From the NCBI GenBank assembly GCA_951406725.2, contig OX597823.1, forward strand, positions 248,001 to 312,000: 64,000 bases of DNA, in the 5' to 3' direction. Numbering within the stretch: position 1 is the first letter of the stretch; the number at the start of each line of letters is the position of its first letter. The position numbers and the translations under genes were made by a program. The notes beneath the pieces were generated by a model. It did no database searches. It saw nothing but the letters and a program-made list of their open reading frames with translations, and had not been told where the DNA came from. This stretch comes from Octopus vulgaris (lineage: Eukaryota). This document shows positions 25,521 through 39,623 of this stretch, piece after piece.

Positions 25521-28500
25521 CCATGTGGTATTCTAGCTATCCTAATTTAAACCAACTGGACTACAACATCAGGTAACCAACCAGTGAGATAGTGACCAAT
25601 CAGTGACCCTACACTGTCAATGACTCATTGAAGGTTGCTACCATGCACCACTGAACTCTGGCAGACTGGTATTTACATGGTTGTCATTGAGATTCAGGTC
25701 AGTAGTATTGAATAACCTGTTTCTTTTAATATATCAAGCTGAGTATGTGTATCAGTTTTCTGGTAAATATTTTGAGTATGAGAAATTAACACAACACAAT
25801 AACAGGTGCTATTATGGCATCTAAGGTTGCAGCGATCAAAAGGACTTGTACTCACAAGGAACACACACACACACAAACATCACTTGTTTTCAATCTGTGT
25901 TTTCTATACCCAAGTCTTGTGTATAGATTTGTGTATAGAAAACAGAGACTTGTGTATAGAAAACAGAGATCAACTGTTTTCTTTTTTTTGGGGGTGGGGG
26001 GCACACACCTAGTATAGCCCACCTTTCTGAACATTCAAATCTTGAATATTTGAAATATATTTTCATAAGCATATATCCTTATATTTATTATGAAGATGTG
26101 AGAAACTGTGATGTTCATGCCTTTCTTGTTATTAGTAACATAATACTGGATACTGAAACTACATTGTGGACATTTAATGAATAGTATGGATTTTTTCAAA
26201 GTCATTCTCCACCTAACAACACCAACAGCAATAATAGCTAGACAACGTGAGGAGTGAATCAGCAGAAAAGGGTAAAAAATTATAAAAATAAACAAATATT
26301 CAAAACATATTCAGAAGGATAAGGCTGTTTTACTTTAAAGAAACTTATATAAGACAATTCAAACAGACGAAAAACAAGAAAAACATAAAAGAAAGATCTC
26401 TTTTTTATATATTTCAAATCTTTGGACAATGGACAAGAGTTTAAAAAATAAAGTAAGAACAGTAATAAACGAGTGAAGAAAAAATATATAGTGTGTGTGT
26501 TTATTTGGCAAAAAACCCCCCAAAAAACGACCATCTCGAAATACAATAAAATCTTTTTTTTTATTTTCATTTAATTTTCTGGCATGAAGCTACACCTTCT
26601 CAAGAACCCAACAAGGAAATCCGAGATACACTTCCTCAATACACCTTATTCTTCTCAGCTCTTAACTTAAAATTGAGCCAGAGCCAAGATAATGTAATGA
26701 CAAGAAAAAAATCCTAATTAATACCTAAGGAGTGAGAAAAAGAAAACATTAACTCAATGACTCGTTAGCACTACTTTAGTCTCTACCTCAACTAGGTTAG
26801 TTTTAATTGGGTTTATTCTTTGAGCCGATAGCTTCCCTAAGCAATTTCCATCATTTCCAGTTTTTGATATCACTTGTGTTTATTGATATAGGGATTTTCT
26901 TATAATATGATACCAAGTATGAAAACAACTTCAAGGAGAACAGCAACATATTTGCAGTGTCACCAATATTTGCCAAGATTAGATTAAATTGATATTTAGT
27001 TATTGAACTTATTACCACCACATAATGATTATTAATTAATTAGATTTTTTCCCGCTCATTACATTATGCAGACAACCCTAATAAGCCTTATTTCTTTCAA
27101 TGTTATCCCCCAGTCTGGCCTAGTTGGAAATGAGATATTCATATACAATGTAGAATTGTTAAATGATCAAAGTCTCTAGGCCCTTAAAAGAAATTAGAAT
27201 TTCTAACATAAGTACAAGGCTTCAGTTTTGGTAGCAGAGAGAGAAAATTAAATCTGTGTCAGAACGGTTTTTAAAATTCTTTTTATTTATTGACTCTGAA
27301 AGAATGAAAGCAAAGACAATTTCAGTGGGATTTGAACTCTAAATGTTAAGGCATGTGACTAAATATGACAGGCTATTTTGTTTCATGCTATACTGGTTCT
27401 GCTACCCCACTTGCCTTTTATGATAATAAAAAGGAAATCGTGCAAGCAAACATGCAATGGTTGGAATATTGGCGGTCAGCTATCTTCTTCATCATTGTCC
27501 TGTCGCTCCTCAGCCTGTGACATTCACCTGATTTATGGATATCCTTGAATGCAATTTTTATTCACAGTTGACATCACATCTAATATATTTCTCATAGTGC
27601 TGTCAGTAATCTGAAACTCTTTGTTGTCGAGGTCAGGTTTTGTTAAGGTTTAGTAGGCAAACAACAACAGCTCTGGGACCACTGAGATATTTCTCCAGAT
27701 CTGTGTGCAGATTGCTGTGATCTTTTAGTCTTTCTGCTAAGTTCTTACTGCTGTTGTTGTTCCCTTTAATGTGCTGCAAACAGTCGTTTTTACCTTTACA
27801 GCAAGTTGCTTTTAATACTGAGTCTGACTGTAGAGGTAGCTATAGCATGGATATCATCTTTTAGGGCAGGCAAGATTGAAGTAGGACCATTCACAGTCAT
27901 TCTTCAAAGATGAGGGCTAAATCTCAGAAGAAGCAAGCAGCAAAATGGATCAACAACCGAACCAATATATGGCTGATCACTTTTATTGTAGAGGTTAAGA
28001 AGCATAAAGTTTTGCCAAATATTAAGCATCACACTGATTCCATTAGGAATGTCAGTTGAATTTGCTACAATTTCACCATTCAGTCCTTAATGGCACCCTT
28101 TCCTTGGATGATGGAAATAAAGAAAGGACTTATTTCTTGAGTTGAGAATTTATCTGCGTGGGAAGGACTACGACTCTCAAATTATTTTATAAGAAAAAAT
28201 GTGAAAAGGATAAGCAAAAGGTGTGTATAGTTTGGATTTTTGATGCACTGACATTATAAACTCAAGTTTAATTTGGTGAGTGAAGTCTGATTTTAAAGTT
28301 AATGAACAAGGGAAGTAATTCTTCCAATTTAACAGTTTTATTTAAATTTTTTTTTGATAATCTTAATAAGTAACATTTAAACTGTTGCATTTTATCCTGT
28401 CTTCATAACTTAAGTATATACACCAAAATGATAACAAGAGGGCACTGATTAAAGAGTTCACATCCAGAGAATATTCATCCCAAATTTCGTAATTGTAAAG

Positions 28501-30934
28501 AAAATTCAAAGAACAAATCAGATGGCAATAGCTAACATCATCATCATCATCGTTGAGGTAGAGAAGTGTTAGAAGATGCAAGACTGATTAAGAATTTAAA
28601 GAAATTGAAAAAATATTGAAAGTGTCTCAATATCAGCAGCATTTGAATTTAGAATAGTGAAACAGAGATAGATACTAGATTTCTTCACCATTATTTAAAG
28701 AAAGAGGAAGAGTACCTGTAACCATTGCAGATATTCTCAGACTGACAAGGTTGTTTAGTGCAAATTTGCCTAATTTGGTTACCGTATGAAAAATCTGGGC
28801 AGAGTGAGAATTCGAGTGGGTTACAAAGATTTGGTGTTTACTGTTAAGTTCAGTTGATGGGCCAATAGAGATGTGATAAAGAAAGGCATCAAATAAGCCT
28901 GTAAGGATGTAGAAATTCAGTGGAGATGTTAAAGGAGTAGGAGAGTATAGCCAGTGCATATGTGGGCCGATTGTAGGGAAGGTGTTGTACAATTAGCAAA
29001 TTCTTAGTAGAGTATGTCTCCAAACGTTGCCTTTATGTCAGTGTGCAAATGAAGCGTGTAGTGTCTGTGATGTGTTTGGATGACACCTGTATGTGGCAAG
29101 TTTGAAAAGCATGCAAGGTTGTATGAGTTGTGTCAATGCATAAAAGGAAACATGTAGGAGACAAAAGTGAGGTGAAAGATAGAGAAAAGTGTTGGTAGGA
29201 TGTAGATTAGAGGGTCCTACTAAGACTCTGGACCAAGACCTGAGAAATGGATGGTAATTGCAGACAGCAGGCTGATATGTTAGACATGGGCAACAACACT
29301 GCTCCAACCCAAATTCTCAAGGGTGAGATCACTGGTGTTGTGACACAAGTGACCAAGTCTTAGGCAAAGCTGGCTCTACTAGAGACTGATGAAGGAAACA
29401 TACGAAAGGGAATAAGGAGAGAATTGTTTACAACTGTTTCAGATGCTACAAGTGAGAGCAATGGAATGATCAGAAACAATATTCTTGTTAGAAATAGGAT
29501 GCAAAAATGTGTTTCCATAGATTAAAGTAGAAACAGAGAAAGACCTTGAGTTTGGTGACAATAGAAACAGGCTTGAGAGACCTGTGTCTAAGGGTAGGGG
29601 AAAGACCACTATGGGAACTGGTTATATTATTCAGTTAGAATATTGGTCGACAACTGTGTGCTTGGAGAGGTAAGATATGGAGTTAAAGAGAAGATGCTGG
29701 CTTTAAATGGACTTACTCAGAGGTGATGCTATTTAGTTGTATTCGCAGATGAATGCTTTTTGTTATGCCCTTTTTATAAGGCTTTCTTTTCAAAGAAACT
29801 CAAGACTCTTTGCATCTGTGTAGGGGGGAGGTGTCACAGGTAAGTAATATTGCAATGATGGCAGTGTATGCCACTTCATATATGTAGCTTTATCACACAA
29901 TATGTCACTTGATCAGTCCCCAAACTCTCCCCTCACCATGACCGGGGGTTAAGATTTGGATTCTACAACACCATTATTAGAGTAGCAGTTGATTAGATTG
30001 ATTCCAAATGTAAAGAACTGGAGCAAATATCAAAAGGTATTTTGTCTTTAACAATTCTGCTGATCCACTACTTTCATATAATGACTGATTCTGCAACATT
30101 AGCAGCAAAGAATCAGAAAAACTGACTGAAATTTGGGAGGTGAAAGCTTTTGTCTTCCAATAATCCTGCAGCATGTATTGTAATGGTGGATAAAATGCCT
30201 ACCACTTGGTGAGGCTTTGAAGTTTTCTCCAGATGTTGGTCATTTTCTTTGCTGTACAGACAAACTGACTGCAAAAGAAGTGTTAGCCTGTGTTAAGATC
30301 ATGAGCTTTCGTTGGGTGAAAGATGAGCAAGGGCATATCAATCATCTACATTGCTATTTTCAATTAGCAGAATTGAAGCCGCAAACAGTTGAGAGGTAAT
30401 GATGCAGAGACTGATGGTAAAGGATTGCTAAAAATAGACGAGAGTTCAGTCAAGAACATGGATGGATGAAGAGACTAACAGAATTCAGGAGAGTAAATAA
30501 TGAAACTTTGTGCAAGTAACATTGATATTAGGAGGAATCGAAGAGATGCGTGCACCGAAATCCTTGAGGAGGGTGATTTCTTGAGATAAATCCTCTTGAA
30601 GCAAGATGAGTGATGAGTTCAAAAACTGATGGAGAGAGAGAGGGGGGGGGGGCATCAACAATCTCCTAGCTTGGTTAAAATTTAACAATCTATGGTAGAT
30701 AGCAAAAGGAAAAAAAAAATTGAAGATTTTCCTGCTGGTGCAAGAAACTAGATTCGCTAAGTGCAGATATAATGATAATGTGGCAGAAATGAACAAGTAA
30801 AATCTTTATGGACTTGACTGTTCTGAGAGGAAGACAAAATAGGAAGAAGATTGCTAAGAAGTGAATACGGGACCACCACCACCACCAAAAAGAAAAGGGA
30901 TTCAATATCGAATGCAGTTGAAATGTGTACTTAC

Positions 30935-31052
30935 CATGTAACCATCATTGTATGCAGGAAGATCATATAGAGATTCAGGGACTGTATCTTGATCAGCAGC
31001 GTAAGTTCCAGCAGTCCTAGTTGATGGCCCCCGAGATAAGAAACCACCATCA
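30935..31052 (-). CDS. Next coding exon of the same gene (linker region)
   Basis: Acceptor cattatctttccag|T and donor ATG|gtaagtac; 118 nt, phase 2-0. Joins the 63404 donor in frame (GA+T=Asp): ...SEKSD-D-DGGFLSRGPSTRTAGTYAADQDTVPESLYDLPAYNDGYM. Non-repetitive sequence; implies an intron of about 32 kb. Confidence 0.65.
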
Positions 31053-31101
31053 CTGGAAAGATAATGAAAGTTTAAGTTTTGAGAGGGAGAAGATGAAATA
31101 T

Positions 31102-31149
<48 letters not shown>

Positions 31150-32751
31150 ATGTAAGTTTCAACAGCCTCTGTTATGGTTGGATGCATTTTGAAACATCAC
31201 TCAACTTGCTTCTATTGGAAGAAAAATGGGGGTGGGGAAAGTTAAAACTGAGAGGCATTTTTAGCTTGTGCTATTTTCAGCTTATGTTGAATTCCTTACC
31301 TAAGGGTTAGGACCTATTCTTGGTCCCTATTTTTTTTTCATCGAAAAGATTTGAAAGATTTTTGTAGGTCACAAAAGCACAGTTCCTACTAGCCCCAGCA
31401 GGTAAATCTTAACACACAAATACTGTTAAATTTAATTCAAATTTATTTGAAGTAAATTTAACTGTTTGCCTAAATTTTCATTGCCTAACTATAACCTCGG
31501 TCACTGATATAGTTCCACACTGCTTAGAGGCCTAAGGTTTTCTTTTTTTCCTTCTTTCATGTCAAGAGACATATTTATTATGTTTATCTTGATTGATTTT
31601 TCACTGCACCTGTCATCATCAGTCATCATTTGTCCTTCTTCAGAAAGTAAATGGATATCTTTTAACAACAGGAGAGAAATATAATAAAAATTATATTTAA
31701 AAAAAACCCCCAGAAAACTGTAGGACTTATAAAAACTAGCTATCAACAGTCTTTAGCTCCAGTGGAACCATATCAGTGAGCAGGGTGTAGTTGTACAACA
31801 AAAATTTTGATTAACTGAAATTAATTAAATAGTTGTGTGTTATTAAAAGACTTTTGCCCAATGTAGTTGCTTCCCTTCCAACACATCACCTCAGAGCAAT
31901 TCACATATGAAAGAAACTTGTGTACAGCGCTCAGGCAGACAATGGATAATTAAGTTAGTTTCTAGAGCCGTAGATCCACAAGAGCTTGTTGTTAAATGAA
32001 TGTTTAATGACAGAAAGGGTAGTTAACCATTTATTGCTTTATATTGCATTTTAGAGATATTTTTTAAAGACTGGGTACAGGGTAATCAAATCTTAGGAGC
32101 TACAATATCAATACCCACTCAAAAACTATTTGTCATAGTTGAAATGGTCAGTAGATTGGCAGCAGTTTAACTAGGAAAGATACAGGATGCTGGAACCAAT
32201 GTAGAAACTTGACAAGACAGAAATATCAGTTCAGTTTCCCTTAAATCTTTAAAAGAAACAAAAAAACAATTTTACTTAATGTGATTTTAAGCAAAAAAAA
32301 AAAAAAGAAAAAAAAAAGAAACTAGAACACACAGCAGTAATGCTTCTAACCACAGGCCAAACTAGCAGCTCAACAGCAAAAAACCTCTCATAGGCTAATA
32401 CCATATTATTATATACTTGGGTAAACCTTGCAACCCCTGTTGCTTTTGTTGCAGAAAGAGAAAAATTATTCCGACTTTTTCTTCTCTGAGAAGGCAAAAT
32501 ATTTATTCACAATCCTATTAGCTGTTATTTGACCAACAGCAGATATACAATGATGTACTGTTTGGCAAAATGATGGTGCATAGCAAAATGCCATGCTTGG
32601 TAGCTTTTCATTAAGATTTGATCCTGTGTTGGTTTTCATAGCTTCATTTAGATGTATCGATACAGAAACTATGCCATGAAGTTAAACTGTAAAATAGGAT
32701 GTTGTGATTATTTGTCATGTGGGTGAAAAACAGGGTACTTTGAGTTCAGTT

Positions 32752-33591
32752 GGATCCTTTCAGTTTCGTTCACAGATTTTTAAATTATTTTTTTTAACTA
32801 AACAGTTTGAAACTTTGTATACTTGTGTAATTTCTCACCCAGAACATGGTTTACTTTGAACATTTTTGACAAAATTTCATATTTTAGAAGTTATTTCATG
32901 TTAAAGTTGTCCTATTTTGGTAACCAATCAACAACATGTATTCAGCTGAAGAAAGCTACAGCTGTTTGCAATAGGAATCGAAGAGCAACAACTTCCAGGT
33001 CATCTCTACCAAATATCACCACTCTGTTCTATCAAATTTTTTTGTTTACTACCTGTGTTGCATATTATATGATTTTGTTTTTGTTTTGCTTTTTGATCGC
33101 CTCTTTGTACATTTGCCTGTGTTAATTTTGTGATTATTTTCACCAATCTGTTGTATTTTATTTTTGTTTACTGCCTGTGTTGCATACTACATGCCCCTTT
33201 GCATTTTTACTTGTACAAAGAGGCAATAAAAAAAGCAAAATAAATAAATAAATAAAATAAACAAAGCATGTAATATGTATCACAGACAGTAAATAAAAAT
33301 AAAATAGAACAGAATGGTGACATTTGGTAGAGATGACCTGGAATTTGCTGCTCTTTGATTCCTATTGCAAACAGCAGTAGCTTTCTTCAGCTGAATACAT
33401 GTCATTGATAGGCTAAGATTACCCAAATACGACAACTTTAACATGAAATAACTTCTAAAATACGAAATTTTGTCAAAAGTGTTCAAAGTAATCTGTGTTC
33501 AGTGTGAGAAATTACACCAATATACAAATTTCCAAACTGGTTAGTTACAAAAAGAATAATTAAAAATCTGTGTGCAAAATTGACGAGATCT
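32752..33591. mobile_element. Foldback/MITE with ~360-380-bp inverted arms and 8-bp target duplication
   Basis: 32752-33112 is the reverse complement of ~33211-33591 (also visible as mirror ORFs 32823+ and 33280-). Flanks gttcagtt (32744-32751) and gttcagtc (33592-33599). Confidence 0.88.
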
Positions 33592-34468
33592 GTTCAGTCT
33601 TTTGTCTTAAAGACACTTTGGTTGCAGTTGTAAGATAGACTTAGTCAGAATATGATGGCTTTATTTCTTTGGGGTTTAGAAGAAGAATGATGATCTTGAA
33701 AGCTAATTTTGAAATGTAAGCATAAGGGTAGTTCATAAGGGTAGGAACAAAAGTGTCTTTAACCAAGTATTGTAATCCCTCAGGTCTACCACTTATCCTC
33801 CTCCTCCTCCTCCTCTGTCTCCATAGATTCACAGACTCTGTACTAAACACACTTTTTCTCATCTCTTTCTCAAGAACTAGAATGCTTTGGAATTTCATCT
33901 ACAACTACATTATTTTCTTACAGACACTGGCAGCACACAGATTTCCAAACTGAATAACAACAGCATTAATCTCAGCAATATGGCATTGGTGGTGGTGGGG
34001 GTTGACAGTGGTGTCATGGATACTGCTCTCCTACACAGCCAACAGCCTTATATATGAAAAAGAGAGAATAGAGGGAAGAAAAGAATAGGAGGGAATGAGA
34101 AGCAAAGGATGGGTAGGCAGAGAGAGAGAGAGAGGGTGGGGAATGAAAGAGGCAAAGGAAGAACTGGGGTAGGCAGATAACCCAAAGTAAAGATAAAAAC
34201 ATGACATTCTTTTTATTTTGGTTGACACTTTTCAGCTTCAAATGAAACTCAGCTCCATTGCCTCTCATTTCCTTTCTCCCTTTCACACACACACACAACC
34301 AAAATCCTTTTGTGCCATTTCGTCCTCATAAATATGACAAAAGAGACTTGAAAAAAAAATTCTAAAATAGAAATCAGCTGACTTCATAAAAGTAAGGGAA
34401 TTAAAAGTTCTGACTCAACAATGAACTGAAATTGAGGTGGGAGGAAGTTGCAGGCAGAGGAGATAGAG

Positions 34469-34508
<40 letters not shown>

Positions 34509-34519
34509 ATACACATGCG

Positions 34520-35775
34520 TGAAAAAACAATAACACAAATGATTGGTGAGAGGATAGATCTAGAAGAAAGGCAGTTTGGTTTTGTGTCTGAAAGAAATAC
34601 TATAGATGCAATCTTCCTAGTGAGGTAACTGCAGGAGAAATAGTTGCCTAAGAGTAAACCCTTATTCCAAGTCTTTGCTGATATGGGGAAGGTAAATGAC
34701 ATGGTAACAAGTTCAGTATATGGTAATTGCCGAGGAAACTAGGTGGAGAGGAATGTCTTGTGAAGGTTGTGCAAGTTATGTACAAAGGTGCAGTTAATAA
34801 AACAAGAGTCACCATCAACTTCAGTGAAGAATTTAGTATGAGGGTTGAAGTCCATTGAGGCTCAATTCTCAGTCTGTTCCTATTCATCATAGTCCTACAG
34901 GCCATCACTGAAGAGTTTAAAACTGGCTGTGACCTAGATGTCATAGCTAAAACTTTAGGGGAATTAGAAAGGAAATTCCAGGCATGAAAACTAAACCTAG
35001 AATTAAGAGGTCCTAAGGTAATCTTAGCAAAGACATGAAAAGTCTTAGTAAATAGAAAAGAAGCCAGGACCCAGGTATCTTCAGGGAAATGGCCTTATGT
35101 GATATGCTGAAAAAGAATAGGAATAAACTCCATATATTGTACTTGATGGATTCACATTTAGTGGAATCACAGGCAGACTAAGAGAGGACATAAGCTTCGT
35201 TATGAAATCACTGGAAAATGACTTCCTTGAATGTCTAGATGGCTTTCCAAAAATAGATGACAGCTTTTGCTACCTACCTAGGAGCAAAGGGAGTGGCTGC
35301 TTTGAAAGTACTGTAGTCAGAATAAAGGGTAGATTGTATGACACATGTGTCAGAACTGCAATGCTGCAGGGTAGTGAGATATGGGCCTTGGACACAGTGG
35401 ACATGAAAAAACAGGTAAGAAATGAAGCTAGCATGCTCTGTTGGATGTATAATGCAAGTGTGCATGAATGACATAGTATAGATGTTGAGAGAGAGAGAGA
35501 GAGGGAGAGAGAGAAGCTGAGAATAAGGGGAATCAGACGCAGAGAGCAAGAAAGAAGACTGCACTGGTGTGGGAATGGGATGCATATGGATGAGGAAAGC
35601 TGTATAAAGAAAATGCTGATCCCTACATGTGGCTGGAACTTGTGGATGAGGGAGACCCAAGAAGACATGGTATGAAGTGGTGATGGTTGACTTCAGGATG
35701 TTGAGTCTTAGAGAAGAAATGATGACAAAGAACCAGGATGTCTGATACAAGACTTAAGGGAAGATTTGCCCATCA
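34520..35775 (+). pseudogene. Old degraded RTE RT region
   Basis: Remnants QFGFVS..TIDAIFLVR, LFIIVLQAITEEFKTGC, KGRLYDTCVRTAMLQGSEIW, with many stops and indels. Confidence 0.85.
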
Positions 35776-35813
35776 CAGCAGAACTAATTTCTGGAAGCTC
35801 TGCGCATCTATGT

Positions 35814-35849
<36 letters not shown>

Positions 35850-37293
35850 CCCAAATAAGCACATCACTCAACCAATCTCCTCCTCCTCCTCCTCATATCT
35901 CTCACTGCAGTTCTCCCCCAACTCCTGCTACCACTGTTCTTTTTCTTACTCTCCAGAACCATCTCATTTGTTAACCTTTCTTCATCCATTAATATTGCTC
36001 TCTACACCCACGTTACATTGGCCACCCCTTTCCATCCACCACTGGGCCATTTAATTATCTTCCCTCATGCACTATACCCATCTCTCTCTCTCCTCTCACT
36101 ATCAACTGTATCATCATCATCATCACAATCCTGTTGTTAGTATCCTTCTACCTTCCCCAACTTCTCACCATTCCATTAGCCTCTCCACCCTTCAATCCTA
36201 CACAATCTTTACAGAACCTGCCTATCACCCTTTCCCCCTATCTTTTCCTCACCATACATTCTTGCACACCACCACCCCACTCCCTACTGCTCACCTCCTA
36301 CTTTCAGCCGCCACCAGGACACCTCATCTCCATGATTCACCTCTTTGGAGACATTGCCAGTTCATTCTCACTCTCTCTCCTAAATGTGAATAGCTGTCTA
36401 ACCTGCTCTACCTCACCGCTTTCACCCATACTTTAACCCCCATCTAGCAAACGGACGCCCCTTGGCCCTCAAGTTGTGTAGCCTTTTGAACAGCATAGCT
36501 ACCTCACTAATAGGAGTGGATGAAAAAAGCACCCAGCACACCCTGTAAAGTGGCATTAGGAAAAGTATCCAGCCAGAGAAACCATGTCAAAACAGACACT
36601 AGAGCATGATGCTGCCCTTGAATCCAGCAGATCCTATCAGACCATCCAACCCATGTCAGCATGGAACACAGAAGTTAAATGATGATGATGATGATTAATG
36701 ACAAGAGCAGAGGAGTAGTGTAATCACCTTCATTAGCTTACAACTGTTTCTGCTGACCTCAGCACCAATAAAATGGAGTGCACTGAGAATGAGAGACCAT
36801 GCCCAGAAATATGCAGATTTACATAAACATATGTATTCATGTATATGCATAATAAACAAGTGCATATGTGGGACCTCACTTGGCCCTACCTGAGATTTGA
36901 AATCGAATCTGTAAATTCATATATACACGTGTGTGTGTGTGTGTATGTGGTGCACAGCATAGCGGGTTAGGGAATTGCACTCATAATTGCAAGATCATGG
37001 TTTTGAATCCCAGACTTTGTGGTACTTTGTGTTCTGGAGTAAAGCACTTCATTTCATGTTATGCCATTCCACCTAGCTGTAAACGAACAACCCTGTGATA
37101 GACTAGCATTCTGTCCAGGTGTGTTGTCCGGTCCAGCTGCTAGCTGACAGGGTGGGCATCATTCAAAAGCTACACTATGAGGAAATGCAATGCACTGAGA
37201 CCAGTGCCATACAACAATAGGTGACAGTCAGATTGATACAGTCAGATACATTCTCCAGAATGGTTGCAGCTCTTGAGCTGAAACTAATAAAAG

Positions 37294-37343
<50 letters not shown>

Positions 37344-38009
37344 ACCTGTTTATTATGTGCATATGTGAATACATACGTTTTTATCAATTTATATATTTCT
37401 GGGTGTGGCTTCAATTTCTCAATGCATATTGCATTGTCTATTTATATATATGGTTCTGAATGCCACCAAGTCTATTTATTCAAATGTTTGCAAAAATATA
37501 TATATATACACTTCCTTTTAATGGCTCTAAGAAATTTATACAGTGTTGTACAAACATGCAGCTCTGAGAGTATTACTTCTTACAGCTGACACAGCCATAA
37601 GCTAATGAAGGAGACTTCATAGTTCCTGTTCGCTTGTCATTCTGGCAGTGCCACAGCATGGCCACAGCCTTAGAGCTGAAACACATAACAGAAAATATAT
37701 ATATACATACACACACACACGTGTGCATGTGTGTGTAAAGTTAAATATGAAAATAGCAATATAAGAGCCACAGTAATCCAAAACTTTACACATGAAAAAT
37801 TTCTGTTAGAATAAATCTTTGTAATACTTTCATGTTTGGGTGAATGAGTATTCAAGGCCCAGGATTTGAAATTATAAGAATCAACACTCAAGTGGTTGGA
37901 CATCTCTAACTAACATACATACATAAATTTTTCATGTTTTTATCTTTCACACATAGGATGTTTTATGTATAACACAACAGCGATGCCGTGCATCAACTGA
38001 AGGCAACAA

Positions 38010-38290
38010 GTCATCATCATCATCGTTTAACGTCCGTTCTCCATGCTAGCATGGGTTGGACGGTTCAACTGGGGTCTGAGAAGCCAGGAGGCTGCACCAG
38101 GCTCCAGTCTGATCTGGCAGGGTCTCTACAGCTGGATGCCCTTCCCAACGCCAACCACTCCGTGAGTGTAGTGGGTGCTTTTTACATGCCACCGGCACAG
38201 GTACCAGGCGAGGCTGGCAACAGCCACGATTGGATTGGTGCATTTTACGTGCCACCGGCACGGAAGCCAGTCGAGGTGGCACTGGCAAAA
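38010..38290 (-). mobile_element. Short RTE 3' UTR copy
   Basis: (CAT)n followed by cgtttaacgtccg...ccatgctagcatgggttggacggttc, the reverse complement of the family 3' end. Confidence 0.9.
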
Positions 38291-38840
38291 AGACTGTTAT
38301 ATGGTCCCAGCAGACAAAATGGAAAAGGCATTGCAGTGGAGGATGGTGACAAGGGAGATCTACTGGAACAATACAAACTGATGGCCAAACATGTAGCCTA
38401 TCCCAATCCTTTTTCAGAGTATTTAGAAACATATAATCTAGGAACATATTATCAAGTGTGTCCTTCCTTTTTTAATGACAGTGTGTGCTTTGGATGGAAA
38501 TCTCAAAGATTTCTAGCAGGTCAAGTGGTTGAGTAAAGTGTTATTAGTTGTACTTCTAGTAGTAGTAGTAGTAGTAGTAGTAGTAAAAGGTTAGCTATGA
38601 TAACATAGCAACTGAAATTAATACTAAAATATTGAGGGTTGACTTATAGATCTGAAATTTACGTTGCAGTCACTAAAAGTCTGATTATACTGGAGATTTT
38701 CTGGGGGTTGTTTTTTTCAAAGTTTTGGAACATGTGGACTTTGCATGCAGGAGGCTGAGAATTTATTCCAATGGAACTTTACATCCTGTACTGACTTGAA
38801 GGTATTGTTCATTCAAAGAAGCAAGGAAATGCTGATACTC

Positions 38841-39623
38841 AGCATCAGTTGTAGTGTGCAAGAGAGACGTTTGCGCTGGTATGGTCATGTGGCGAGAACG
38901 GATGAAGATAGTTGTGTGAAAAAGTGCCACACCCTAGCGGTTGAGTGTACCTGTGGAAGAGGTAGACCCAGGAAAACCTGGGACAAGGTGGTAAAGCATG
39001 ACCATTGAACTTTAGGTCTCACCGAGGAAATGACTAGAGACCGAGACCTTTGGAAGTATGCTGTGCGTGGGAAGACCTGGCAGGACAAGTGAGACCATAA
39101 CCCGTGGCCTCTACCTCGGATGTAGCCAGTTCACTTATGCATACCTTTCCTTCTTGGGACACAAAACTCTACTTGTGAAGACCTGTTGAGGCAAGTGAAA
39201 ATCAAAATCGATCAACATCAATGGAAATTGTAGCTGTGATACCAGTGCTGGTGACATGTAAGAGAACCATCCGAACGTGGCCGTTGCCAGCGCCGCCCCG
39301 ACTGGCCTCCATGCCGGTGGCACATAAAAAGCACCATCCGATTGTGGCCCTTGCCAGCCTCGTCTGGCCTCCATGCCAGTGGCACGTAAAAAGCACCATC
39401 CAATCGTGGCCGTTTGCCAGCCTCCCCTGGCACCTGTGCCAGTGGCACGTAAAAAGCACCCACTACACTCACGGAGTGGTTGGCGTTAGGAAAGGCATCC
39501 AGCTATAGAAACACTGCCAGATCAGACTGGGCCTGGTGCAGCCTTCTGGCCTCCCAGACCCCAGCTGAACCGTCCAACCCATGCTAACATTGAAAGCGGA
39601 CGTTAAACGATGATGATGATGAT
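38841..39623 (+). mobile_element. RTE LINE 3' fragment, same subfamily as 54703-57230
   Basis: Near-identical coding end and 3' UTR to 56464-57230; (GAT)n tail. Confidence 0.93.

Noticed and set aside
27465-30880. Possible host exons in moderately GC-rich sequence
   Set aside because: No clean splice-bounded open frame; faint minus-strand traces (e.g. LLKDFGARISS) suggest very old LINE debris, too decayed to classify.
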